NCBI GenBank assembly: GCA_013314735.1
Contig: JABUFD010000008.1
Location: 1-64,000 of the forward strand
Length of the DNA stretch: 64,000 nt
Reading direction: 5' to 3'
Source: Anaerolineae bacterium
GTDB taxonomy: Bacteria; Chloroflexota; Anaerolineae; Anaerolineales; Anaerolineaceae
Notes under the pieces: generated by a model
What the model saw: only the letters and a program-made list of their open reading frames with translations
Told to the model about the DNA's origin: nothing
Database searches by the model: none
Shown: piece by piece, positions 26,270 through 35,210 of the stretch
Position numbering within the stretch: the first letter of the stretch is position 1
How the letters are laid out: the number at the start of each line of letters is the position of its first letter
Position numbers and translations under genes: made by a program

Positions 26270-29200
26270 ATGCCCTACATGGTAGATCATCGGTACCTGG
26301 TAGGTGAACAATTGGGTGTGGGAGGCATGGGCGCGGTGTACCGCGGCAAAGACACCCGCCTGCAGCGCGATGTCGCCATCAAGCGCCTGCAGATTTTTGG
26401 ATCCCAGGCGGATGTTGATCAGTTCATGAAGCGTTTCGAACGCGAAGCGATTGCCATGGCGCAGCTGCAGCATCCCAATATTGTTGGTGTCCTCGATTTT
26501 GGGCAGGATGATCAAGGCATTTTCCTCATCCTGCAATATATGCCCGGCGGATCGTTGAAGGACCGGATGACTGCCCCGTTCAATCCGCAATCAGCCGCTG
26601 CCCTGCTGGCGCCGATCGCTGACGCGCTGCATTACGTCCATGATCAGGGCATGATCCACCGCGATGTCAAACCCGGCAATATCCTGTTTGACGCGCGCGG
26701 CAACCCCATGTTGGCGGATTTCGGCATCGTCAAGCTGGTGGAGGATACTCCTGGTGCCACCCTGACCGGAACCGGTACGGCGATTGGCACACCCACCTAC
26801 ATGGCGCCTGAACTGATTGGCGGGGAATTTGACCACCGGGTGGACCAATATGCCCTGGGCATTATTTTTTATGAAATGGTCACCGGGAAGGCACCCTTCA
26901 CCGGGCGCACGCCGATGGAAGCGATGGTGGCACACAAGTATGAACCCCTGCCGGATCCGCGCCTTTTGTGCCCCGGCCTGCCGCAGGACGCCTGGGACCT
27001 GATCGTGCGCGTATTGGCGAAGGACCCTGAACAGCGTTACGAGGACAGCGGGCAATTTTCCGCCGCGCTGCGCCGGCTGGGACAGCCCCCCACCCCAACC
27101 CCGCAACCGCAGCCGAAACCCGGCGAAGAACCCACCAGCCTGGTGGAAGACGAACTGCCCTTCAACCTCCCCGCCAAAACGCCGCAACCGCCTGCGCCGG
27201 GGATGCAGGCGGTATCAGAGGAGGATGAAACCCAGGGCGTCATCACACCTGGCAAAGGTACACCCGTGCCCCCGCCGCCATTTGTTGGGAATGAAACCCC
27301 AGGAGGCGCTCCGCTTTCTGCGCCATCCCTGGTGCGTGATGAAGCCTTAAAGCCACCTGCCAAGAAGAAGCGCGCCTGGGTATGGGTTCTGGGGGGCCTG
27401 GGTGTACTTCTCTTTTTGGGTGTGGCCCTGGTGCTGTTGATCACCATGCTGACCAAAGGGATTATGGAACCTGCAGCAACCCAGGTGGCACAAACCCATC
27501 TGGAGACCAAAGTTCCGACCATTACATCCCGACCCCAGCCCACCGTTACGCCCACACTCCCCTCTCAGATCGATAACAACACAGCTTCTGCTTTGCAAGT
27601 AAAAACGAGGATCGGAAAGGGGAACGCCAATATTGCTCTCTATTCACCCGATGGCAGTCTGCTGGTGATTGGCAATTCCAGCGGGTTCTACCTGCTGGGT
27701 GCTGATACCGGCAAAGAACTGTCTTCTGTACAGGATATCTATGTAACTTCGCTGGCAATCGCCCCCAGCGGGAATGCCCTTGCGACTTTGGACCAGGATG
27801 GCTACCTGACCCTGTGGGACATTCAAAACAAATTTGCGCCCGCCATTCTGCAGCAATATCCTGCTGCTGCGCCTGGCGCTTCGTTGAGGGCAGCCACGTT
27901 TTCACCTGACGGTAACAGCCTGGCCTATGCGGATTACGATACCATTTTTTTCTATTCCTTTGAGTCAGGGACAGTTACTGGCCAGGTTGAGTGGACTGAC
28001 AGCAATATATCACAGCTACAATTCAATCCTGATGGACAGTCCATTTACGGCGCAGCAAATCAATTGGGTCTGATTGGCTTGTGGGATATGAACACTTTGA
28101 GTCTAACGACTACCTTCCCGGTAGGTTTTGTTTTCAATTTCGCACTTGCCCCCGATGGATCGCTGTTGGCAGTTTATGATAGCAATGAGGGCACCCTGAA
28201 ATTTTTCAAACCTGCCAATGCATCCCAATTTATGGAACCAATCCAAACAAATGGTTATGTCAGTGACCTTGCCTTTTCAGCTGACGGCGCCAGTTTGTAT
28301 GGAGCCATCAATGGTAACACGATCAGTCGTTGGATCTTAGTGGATGATCGCTCACAACTGACTTATCCATTAAATAATGACCAGGCTTATTTGTTTGATC
28401 TCGCGCCGGATGGCAGCAGCCTTGCCTGGACAGGATTCGGCGCTGTCGGTGTTTTTGATTTTGATACTGAACAAGCCAAATTTGATACCGATCAATTTGA
28501 TTATACCGGGGTTCTGGTGGAAGGATGGGTGAATGGAGAAGTTCTGTATGTCAACGATGATCACAACGGTTCTGTCATTCTGAGGAATACCAGCGGAATT
28601 GCGAAACAACACCTTGATTCTACCGCCATCACAACCTGGTTGGATTCCGTCACTGTCTCTTCCAATGGGCAATACCTGGCAGCCAGGTCCTATGTGAATG
28701 GCGCCATTGTTCTGCTGGTCTGGGATCTGAATACAAAACAGCTGTTAAAGCAAGTTCCGCTTGCTGATTGGGTCGGTGACTTTCGGTTTTCTGATGACAG
28801 TCAATTTTTAACAGTGGTGAATGGCATGACTGCCACTGTGTATCGAACTGATACCTGGGGAATCCATTACGGATATACTGTTACCGATGCTGCATTAACG
28901 ATCGCAAAATACTATCCCGAGTTTGATCTCCTGGTGCTTGCGGGGTATGGGCGACCGTTGTTGATCAATCCACTCAGCGGCTATACCGTTGAATTGCCAT
29001 TGAATGTCCCTGCCGAGGGTGTTTTCGATCTGGAACTATCCAGGGATGGCAGCCTGCTCTTCCTGGTCAGCGGGAAAAGCCTGTTGATCTGGAATATTCC
29101 CGACCAAACGTTTGTCCTCGAAGCCTATGACTTGCTGCCGAATAATGCGGTTGAGCTGGCGCTCAATACCAGTGAGACCCTGCTGGCGATCGGCGATAAC

Positions 29201-29359
29201 ATTGGCAATATCGTGTTTTTGGACCTGACAACCAATATAATACTGGGTGTGTTGCGGCAACATTTCGCCTCGATCCGGTGGTTGACGTTCAGTGTTGATG
29301 ACCACGAGTTGATCTCATTCGGTGATGACGGCATAACCAACATTTGGGGAATCCAATAA
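26270..29359 (+). CDS. Ser/Thr protein kinase - Pro-rich linker - TM - C-terminal beta-propeller (WD40/PQQ-like repeats)
   Basis: GVGGMGAVYRGKD, VAIKRL, HRDVKPGNILF, DFGIVKL, GTPTYMAPE. Hydrophobic helix WVWVLGGLGVLLFLGVALVLLI. Repeated ~40-aa blocks with SPDG/APDGS..L..G..DG.. motifs. GAGGAG RBS 9 nt before ATG 26270. Confidence 0.85.
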   Translation: MPYMVDHRYLVGEQLGVGGMGAVYRGKDTRLQRDVAIKRLQIFGSQADVDQFMKRFEREAIAMAQLQHPNIVGVLDFGQDDQGIFLILQYMPGGSLKDRMTAPFNPQSAAALLAPIADALHYVHDQGMIHRDVKPGNILFDARGNPMLADFGIVKLVEDTPGATLTGTGTAIGTPTYMAPELIGGEFDHRVDQYALGIIFYEMVTGKAPFTGRTPMEAMVAHKYEPLPDPRLLCPGLPQDAWDLIVRVLAKDPEQRYEDSGQFSAALRRLGQPPTPTPQPQPKPGEEPTSLVEDELPFNLPAKTPQPPAPGMQAVSEEDETQGVITPGKGTPVPPPPFVGNETPGGAPLSAPSLVRDEALKPPAKKKRAWVWVLGGLGVLLFLGVALVLLITMLTKGIMEPAATQVAQTHLETKVPTITSRPQPTVTPTLPSQIDNNTASALQVKTRIGKGNANIALYSPDGSLLVIGNSSGFYLLGADTGKELSSVQDIYVTSLAIAPSGNALATLDQDGYLTLWDIQNKFAPAILQQYPAAAPGASLRAATFSPDGNSLAYADYDTIFFYSFESGTVTGQVEWTDSNISQLQFNPDGQSIYGAANQLGLIGLWDMNTLSLTTTFPVGFVFNFALAPDGSLLAVYDSNEGTLKFFKPANASQFMEPIQTNGYVSDLAFSADGASLYGAINGNTISRWILVDDRSQLTYPLNNDQAYLFDLAPDGSSLAWTGFGAVGVFDFDTEQAKFDTDQFDYTGVLVEGWVNGEVLYVNDDHNGSVILRNTSGIAKQHLDSTAITTWLDSVTVSSNGQYLAARSYVNGAIVLLVWDLNTKQLLKQVPLADWVGDFRFSDDSQFLTVVNGMTATVYRTDTWGIHYGYTVTDAALTIAKYYPEFDLLVLAGYGRPLLINPLSGYTVELPLNVPAEGVFDLELSRDGSLLFLVSGKSLLIWNIPDQTFVLEAYDLLPNNAVELALNTSETLLAIGDNIGNIVFLDLTTNIILGVLRQHFASIRWLTFSVDDHELISFGDDGITNIWGIQ

Positions 29360-29367
29360 CTTTTGTA

Positions 29368-29400
29368 AGAAAAGGGCAGCCTTTGAGCTGCCTTTTTCTT
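29368..29400 (+). terminator. candidate rho-independent terminator between the kinase paralogs
   Basis: aaaagggcagc / gctgccttttt hairpin with T-tract. Confidence 0.45.
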
Positions 29401-29466
29401 ACTCAAATTACCTGGCAATCCGTTTTCCCATACGCCACATTCTTCGGTTGCTTTCCCCTCTTGCAT

Positions 29467-29589
29467 TGTCATCTGAAAGGGTTACAATCATGGATAGTAT
29501 TCTCTGCAGCCATCGGCGATTGATCATGAATGTGATCAATTTTCCTGAACAGGCGGGGAATCATCGAAGAGGATCGAGGAGTGTACAGC
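29467..29589 (+). promoter_or_regulatory. duplicate promoter/leader (identical to 26147-26269)
   Basis: Identical 110-bp stretch including TACAATCATGGATAG and the RBS. Confidence 0.5.
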
Positions 29590-32500
29590 ATGGCCTACAT
29601 GGTGGATAATCGTTATCTGGTCGGTGAACAACTCGGCGTTGGCGGCATGGGTGCGGTCTACCGCGGCAAAGACACCCGCCTGCAGCGCGATGTCGCCATC
29701 AAGCGCCTTAACATCCTGGGGGGAAAAGCCGAAGTCGATCAGTTCATGAAACGTTTCGAACGCGAAGCGATTGCCATGGCGCAGCTGCAGCACCCCAACA
29801 TCGTGCGCGTACTCGATTTTGGGCGGGATGATGAAGGCATCTTCCTCATCCTCGAATTCATGTCCGGCAGGTCGCTGAAAGAGCGCATGACAGCCCCCTT
29901 TGATCCGCGCGCGGCAGCAATCCTGCTGGCGCCGATCGCCGATGCGCTGCATTATGTGCACGAACGGGGCATGATCCACCGTGATGTGAAACCCGGCAAC
30001 ATCCTGTTTGACGCGCGCGGCAACCCCATGCTGGCGGATTTCGGCATTGTCAAGCTGGTGGAGGAATCCCCCGGTGCCACCCTGACGGCGACGGGCATGG
30101 CGGTGGGTACGCCCACTTACATGGCGCCGGAGTTGATCGGGGGTGAATTTGACCACCGCGCCGACCAGTACGCGCTGGGGATCATCTTTTATGAAATGGT
30201 GACCGGCAAACCGCCCTTTAAGGGCCGCACGCCGATGGAAGCGATGGTGGCACACAAGTATGAACCCCTGCCGGATCCGCGCCTTTTGTGCCCCGGCCTG
30301 CCGCAGGATGCCTGGGACCTGATCGTGCGCGTATTGGCGAAGGACCCTGAACAGCGTTACGAGGACAGCGGGCAATTTTCCGCCGCGCTGCGCCGGCTGG
30401 GACAGCCCCCCACCCCAACCCCGCAACCGCAGCCGAAACCCGGCGAAGAACCCACCAGCCTGGTGGAAGACGAACTGCCCTTCAACCTCCCCGCCAAAAC
30501 GCCGCAACCGCCTGCGCCGGGGATGCAGGCGGTATCAGAGGAGGATGAAACCCAGGGCGTCCGTACCCCCGCGCGGGGGCTGCCGCTGGCACAGCCGCAA
30601 TATCACTGGGAACCGCAGCCAGCCGCGTCGGTTCAACCTGCCCCGCCCACCCCTGCGGCGGTTGCGGCGAAGAAAACAATCCCTGCCTGGGCCTGGGTGC
30701 TGGGAGGGGTTGGCCTGTTCACGATGGCAACCCTGGTGGTGGTGGCGGTGCTCCTGATCCGCAACGGGCTGTTCTCACCGGCTGCCACAGAAGAACCCTA
30801 CGCGTTCGAAGCGGCCACCGAAGCGCCAATGGCCGCGGCGGAAGAAACCGCCACGCAAGGGCCAACCGAGGCCCCCACCGCAAGCATGGTGCTTTCCGGC
30901 GGGGTGATCACCGCCGCCAACGTTGACCAGCTGCAGCCTGCATCCATCTTCGGCAAAGGCGGCGACCATCTCCCGCTCTTCACCCCCGATGGACGTTTCC
31001 TCCTGCTGGGCAACACCGACGGGCTGTATGTGTTCGATGCCGTCAGCGGGGTGGAGATCAGCCACACGCCGGGCCGCTACATCACCGCCATGGCGCTTTC
31101 GCCGGACGGCAGCGCCCTGGCCACGTTGGATTACAGCGGTTACCTCAGCCTGTGGTCGATCGGCGACGGCAGCGCGCCTTACCTGTTCCAGGCCTACCAG
31201 TACCAAGGCGGCAACAACTGGGACCTGCGCGCGCTGGCCTGGTCGCCCGACGGCAGTGTGATCGCCTTCAGTGACGCCTACACGATCTACTATTATTCCG
31301 TTGAAAAAAATGATGTTTTCAACACGGCTTATTGGGAAAACAGCCTGATCCGCGACCTGGCGTTCAGCCCGGACGGCAACCTTGTGTATGCCGCCGCCAA
31401 CAACCTCGCCTTGGTGGGGGTGTGGATCGCTGAAACTTCCACCCTGTACACCACCATTCCGGTCAATTACCCCTACTATATCGACCTATCGCCGGATGGA
31501 ACGCGCCTGGCGGTGTTTGACGCCGAGGAATACAGCCTGAAGCTGTTCAGCCTCTCCTCCTACCTCCTGGAACGCGCCTACAGTGTTGACGGGTACATGA
31601 ATGAAATGCGCTTTTCCCCTGATGGCACCGCCCTGTATGCCGTCCTCAGCAACGGCCAGGTCAACCGCTGGGAGGTGGGCGGCAGTGACCAGCCCCTCAC
31701 GCGCCAGCTGCCGGAAGGCTATGGCACACGCTTCTCGCTGTCGCCCGGCGGCTGCCTGGCGGCCTGGAGCAACTGGCTCCGGGTTGGAACCTACGACCTG
31801 TGTCAGGGTACCCCGGGTTTCTCCCTGGATGCTTTCACCACCCGCGGTAACCCGGTGAGGGGCTGGGTGAACGATGAATTGCTGTTCTCCGATACAGAGA
31901 GCCAACCGGGGCGGGTGCTCATCCGCGATATCTTCGGCGATGTGCGCCATGGGCTGGACATCTCATCCTACAACACCTGGATGTACCCGGTCAGCATTTC
32001 CCCCGACGGCACCACCCTGGTTGGCGGGGTGTATTACCAGAACACCTACAATATCCTGCTGTTCGACCTGGCTTCGGAATCGCTGCTGGGGATGTTCGCG
32101 GTGGATGAATATCCAATCGACCTGCGCTTTGCGCCAGACAGCCAGTCTTTTGTCTACTGCGGCAGCAGCCTCACCCGCATTTACAATATTCACAACTGGT
32201 GGGAGGGACCGTTCTACAGCCTGGATGGGTTGGAATACATGCAGGTGGGCAAGTATTTCCCGGCCTATGACCTGCTTGTGCTGGGCCAGTTCGCGAAAGT
32301 GCAGCTGGTATCACCGGCCAGCGGGGAAAGGTTCGAGCTGCCTGTGCCGGGGGGATATGTGGAAGGGATCGCGCTTTCCGCTGACGGCAGCCGGGTATAC
32401 GTGGCCAGCGGCCGTTCCCTGTACGTGTACGACCGCCGGACGGGTGCCTTTGTGGCGCAAGCCCCGGACAGCCTCCCGACAGAAGGATATGCGCTTGCCC

Positions 32501-32697
32501 TGAATGGGTCGGAAACCCTGCTGGCAGTCGGCGATACGCAGGGCGCGATTCACCTGTTCGACGCGCAAAACCTGGGCTGGGTGCGCACCCTCTACCGCCA
32601 CACCTACGGCATGGCAGACCTGCAGTTTGCGCCCGATGACCGGGCATTAACCTCCACCGGTTGGGATGCCCTGAGCGTGGTGTGGGCCGTGCCGTAA
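29590..32697 (+). CDS. Ser/Thr protein kinase - linker - TM - beta-propeller, paralog of 26270-29359
   Basis: Kinase domain ~90% identical at protein level to the upstream paralog; the identical PTPTPQPQPKPGEEPTSLVEDELPFNLPAKTPQPPAPGMQAVSEEDETQGV linker is retained. The C-terminal repeat domain has diverged. Confidence 0.85.
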   Translation: MAYMVDNRYLVGEQLGVGGMGAVYRGKDTRLQRDVAIKRLNILGGKAEVDQFMKRFEREAIAMAQLQHPNIVRVLDFGRDDEGIFLILEFMSGRSLKERMTAPFDPRAAAILLAPIADALHYVHERGMIHRDVKPGNILFDARGNPMLADFGIVKLVEESPGATLTATGMAVGTPTYMAPELIGGEFDHRADQYALGIIFYEMVTGKPPFKGRTPMEAMVAHKYEPLPDPRLLCPGLPQDAWDLIVRVLAKDPEQRYEDSGQFSAALRRLGQPPTPTPQPQPKPGEEPTSLVEDELPFNLPAKTPQPPAPGMQAVSEEDETQGVRTPARGLPLAQPQYHWEPQPAASVQPAPPTPAAVAAKKTIPAWAWVLGGVGLFTMATLVVVAVLLIRNGLFSPAATEEPYAFEAATEAPMAAAEETATQGPTEAPTASMVLSGGVITAANVDQLQPASIFGKGGDHLPLFTPDGRFLLLGNTDGLYVFDAVSGVEISHTPGRYITAMALSPDGSALATLDYSGYLSLWSIGDGSAPYLFQAYQYQGGNNWDLRALAWSPDGSVIAFSDAYTIYYYSVEKNDVFNTAYWENSLIRDLAFSPDGNLVYAAANNLALVGVWIAETSTLYTTIPVNYPYYIDLSPDGTRLAVFDAEEYSLKLFSLSSYLLERAYSVDGYMNEMRFSPDGTALYAVLSNGQVNRWEVGGSDQPLTRQLPEGYGTRFSLSPGGCLAAWSNWLRVGTYDLCQGTPGFSLDAFTTRGNPVRGWVNDELLFSDTESQPGRVLIRDIFGDVRHGLDISSYNTWMYPVSISPDGTTLVGGVYYQNTYNILLFDLASESLLGMFAVDEYPIDLRFAPDSQSFVYCGSSLTRIYNIHNWWEGPFYSLDGLEYMQVGKYFPAYDLLVLGQFAKVQLVSPASGERFELPVPGGYVEGIALSADGSRVYVASGRSLYVYDRRTGAFVAQAPDSLPTEGYALALNGSETLLAVGDTQGAIHLFDAQNLGWVRTLYRHTYGMADLQFAPDDRALTSTGWDALSVVWAVP

Positions 32698-32764
32698 CAG
32701 CCGCACGGGCTGCAATGGCCCGGATATTGACTGCATGCGGATCACTGGCACAAAGAACAACAAA

Positions 32765-32808
32765 CCCCCCGGCTGAAAACGATTGGATCGTGAGCCGCCG
32801 GGGGGTTA
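32765..32808. terminator. bidirectional terminator hairpin between the kinase paralog (+) and metG (-)
   Basis: ccccccggc / gccgggggg stem with 22-nt loop, flanked by A/T on both sides. Confidence 0.5.
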
Positions 32809-32829
32809 ATGATGTGGATACGGGGCGGG

Positions 32830-34623
32830 TTATTTGCCCAGCCGCGCCAGTTCCGCCGCCACGATGCTTTCATCGAGCTTGACGAACAGCGGTTCGGGTT
32901 TATTAAAGGCGCGCCCGGCCTGCAATGCACTCGGCTGCCACTGCCCGGCGGCAGCAGCGGGGTCGTAGCGCAGCACGCTGTGGCTGCCGAGGGTGTCGGC
33001 GGCCTCCTGCGTGAAACCGCTGCCGAACAGGGGTTGTTCGTAATGGAGGAAGCCGTGCAGTTTTTCACTGCTGAAGGGCAGGAACGGTGCGAACAGCACC
33101 TTGAGCGAGTCGATCGCGCGCATGGCGGTGAAAATCGCCCGCGCCGCGGCGGTCTCATCGGTTTTGACCACCTTCCACGGCTCGGTCACATCGAGGTACT
33201 TGTTGACCTCACTCGCCAGGCGGATGCATTCTGCCAGCGCCGCGCGCAGCTTCACGCCTTCGATCAACTCGCCGACCGTGCCAAACCCGGCCTCGATCGC
33301 CGCCAGCAGTTCGCTATCGAGCGCAGTCAGCTCGCCCGGTTCGGGGATCACGCCGTTCCAGCGCTTGTGGGCAAAGCCCAGCACGCGGTTGGCCAGGTTG
33401 CCCCAGGTGGCAATCAGTTCGCCGTTGTTGCGGTTGTAAAAGTCCTCCCACGCCCAATCGGTGTCCTTGGTTTCGGGCATGGTCATCGTCAGGTAATAGC
33501 GCAGGGGGTCGGGGTCGTAGCGCTCGAGGTAATCGAGCACCCACACGCCCCAGTTGCGGCTGCCGGAAATTTTCTGCCCCTCCATGTTCATAAACTCATT
33601 GGCGGGTACATCATAAGGCAGCACCAGCGGCTGCGGGTCGGCGGCGCCCATCAGGGCGTCAAAATCGGTGCCGGCGCCCAGCAGTTCCGCCGGCCAGATG
33701 ATGGCATGGAAGGGGATGTTGTCCTTGCCGATGAAGTAATAGGTTTTGGAAGCGGGGTTGGTCCACCATTCGCGCCATGCGTCGGGCTGGCCGGTGAGTT
33801 TGGCGTACTCCACCGCCGCCGAAAGGTAGCCGATCACGGCCTCGAACCACACGTACAGGCGCTTGCCGTCCCAGCCTTCCAGCGGCACGGGGATGCCCCA
33901 CTCCAGGTCGCGCGTGATGGCGCGCCCGCGCAGGGGGTTGTTCTCGATCTGCCCCAGCGATTGGCGGATCACATTCGGGCGCCAATAGCTTTCGCGCTGG
34001 CGCAGGAAATCAGCCACCTCGCCTTCCAGCGCGCCCAGGTCGAGGAAGAAATGCTCGGTATCGCGCAACTCGGGGGTGGAGCCGTCCACCTTGGAGCGCG
34101 GGTCGATCAGTTTGTCGGCTTCCAGCAGGCTGCCGCACTTGTCGCACTGGTCGGAACGGGCGTTGTCGTAGCCGCAGATGTAGCAGGTGCCTTCCACGTA
34201 GCGGTCGGGCAGGAATTTGCCCTGGGCGGGCGAATACCACTGCTTCTGGGTATCGGTATAGAGGTAGCCGTTTTCCTTCAGGACTGTGAACAGCTTTTGC
34301 GCCACATCGAAATGGTTTTCGGTGTGGGTGCTGGTAAAGAGGTCATAGGTGATGCCGGTTTTCTGGAACAGGTCGAGAAAACGGTGGTGGAAGCGCTGGT
34401 AGATGTCCAGCGGGGTGGCGTTCTCGGCATCGGCGCGCACGGTGATGGGTGTGCCGTGGGCGTCGGTGCCGGACACCATCAGCACCTGGCGGCCGCGCAT
34501 GCGGTGGTAGCGCGCGACAATATCCGCCGGCAAATGCGAGCCGGTCATATTTCCCACATGAATATCGGCGTTGCCGTACGGCCACGCCACGCACACCAAT
34601 ACAGGTTCAGCCATAGCGATCAT
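32830..34623 (-). CDS. metG: methionine--tRNA ligase
   Basis: Class I aaRS with HVGN (HIGH-type) motif, zinc knuckle CYICGYD..CDKCG, and GQKISGSRNWGV (KMSKS-type) motif. 597 aa. Confidence 0.85.
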   Translation of the reverse strand: MIAMAEPVLVCVAWPYGNADIHVGNMTGSHLPADIVARYHRMRGRQVLMVSGTDAHGTPITVRADAENATPLDIYQRFHHRFLDLFQKTGITYDLFTSTHTENHFDVAQKLFTVLKENGYLYTDTQKQWYSPAQGKFLPDRYVEGTCYICGYDNARSDQCDKCGSLLEADKLIDPRSKVDGSTPELRDTEHFFLDLGALEGEVADFLRQRESYWRPNVIRQSLGQIENNPLRGRAITRDLEWGIPVPLEGWDGKRLYVWFEAVIGYLSAAVEYAKLTGQPDAWREWWTNPASKTYYFIGKDNIPFHAIIWPAELLGAGTDFDALMGAADPQPLVLPYDVPANEFMNMEGQKISGSRNWGVWVLDYLERYDPDPLRYYLTMTMPETKDTDWAWEDFYNRNNGELIATWGNLANRVLGFAHKRWNGVIPEPGELTALDSELLAAIEAGFGTVGELIEGVKLRAALAECIRLASEVNKYLDVTEPWKVVKTDETAAARAIFTAMRAIDSLKVLFAPFLPFSSEKLHGFLHYEQPLFGSGFTQEAADTLGSHSVLRYDPAAAAGQWQPSALQAGRAFNKPEPLFVKLDESIVAAELARLGK

Positions 34624-34714
34624 CCTCCAAATGGAACAATTTGTAGCGAAATTGTATCATGAAGGGCAATGCGCGGGGAAGTTAAGATCACCCTTCGACA
34701 GCACTTCGGCAGCA

Positions 34715-35075
34715 CTTCGGCAGGCTCAGTGTGAAGCTCAGTGCAGGAGCTCAGGGAGCGTATTATTTCAACGGTCGCCGAGCGGGTTCCTGAGCCTGTC
34801 GAAGGATCGAGGCGACATTCTGCGGGTAACTTACGTTCTCCCCTCGACACACTTCGACAGGCTCAGTGCAGGAGCTCGGGGAGCGTGTTAATGGGGTGCG
34901 TGTTAACGCAACGGTCGCCGAGCGGGTTCCTGAGCCTGTCGAAGGATCGAAGCGACATCCTCCGTCCAAGGCGACATTCTGCGGGTAACTTACGTTCTCC
35001 CCTCGACACACTTCGACAGGCTCAGTGCAGGAGCTCGGGGAGCGTTTTTAAAGGGTGCGTGTTAATGGGCCGGGT
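34715..35075. repeat. left flanking copy (2+ tandem units) of a hairpin repeat (T family: cctgagcctgtcgaagg ... cttcgacaggctcag)
   Basis: Units at 34771-34918 and 34911-35075 share acggtcgccgagcgggttcctgagcctgtcgaagg..gcgacattctgcgggtaacttacgttctcccctcgacacacttcgacaggctcagtgcaggagctcggggagcgtgttaatgg. Same family and orientation at 44170-44400. Confidence 0.75.
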
Positions 35076-35210
35076 ATTAACGGGGAGCGTGTTGTTTCCC
35101 CCCGCAAAAACTGCTTGCGCCCGGTTGCGCAGGGGCGGTTTTTGGCGTATCATTAATATTCGGGCATCAAGCCCGCCGCCAAGTCTATCCACGGGGAGGG
35201 TACCCAACCA

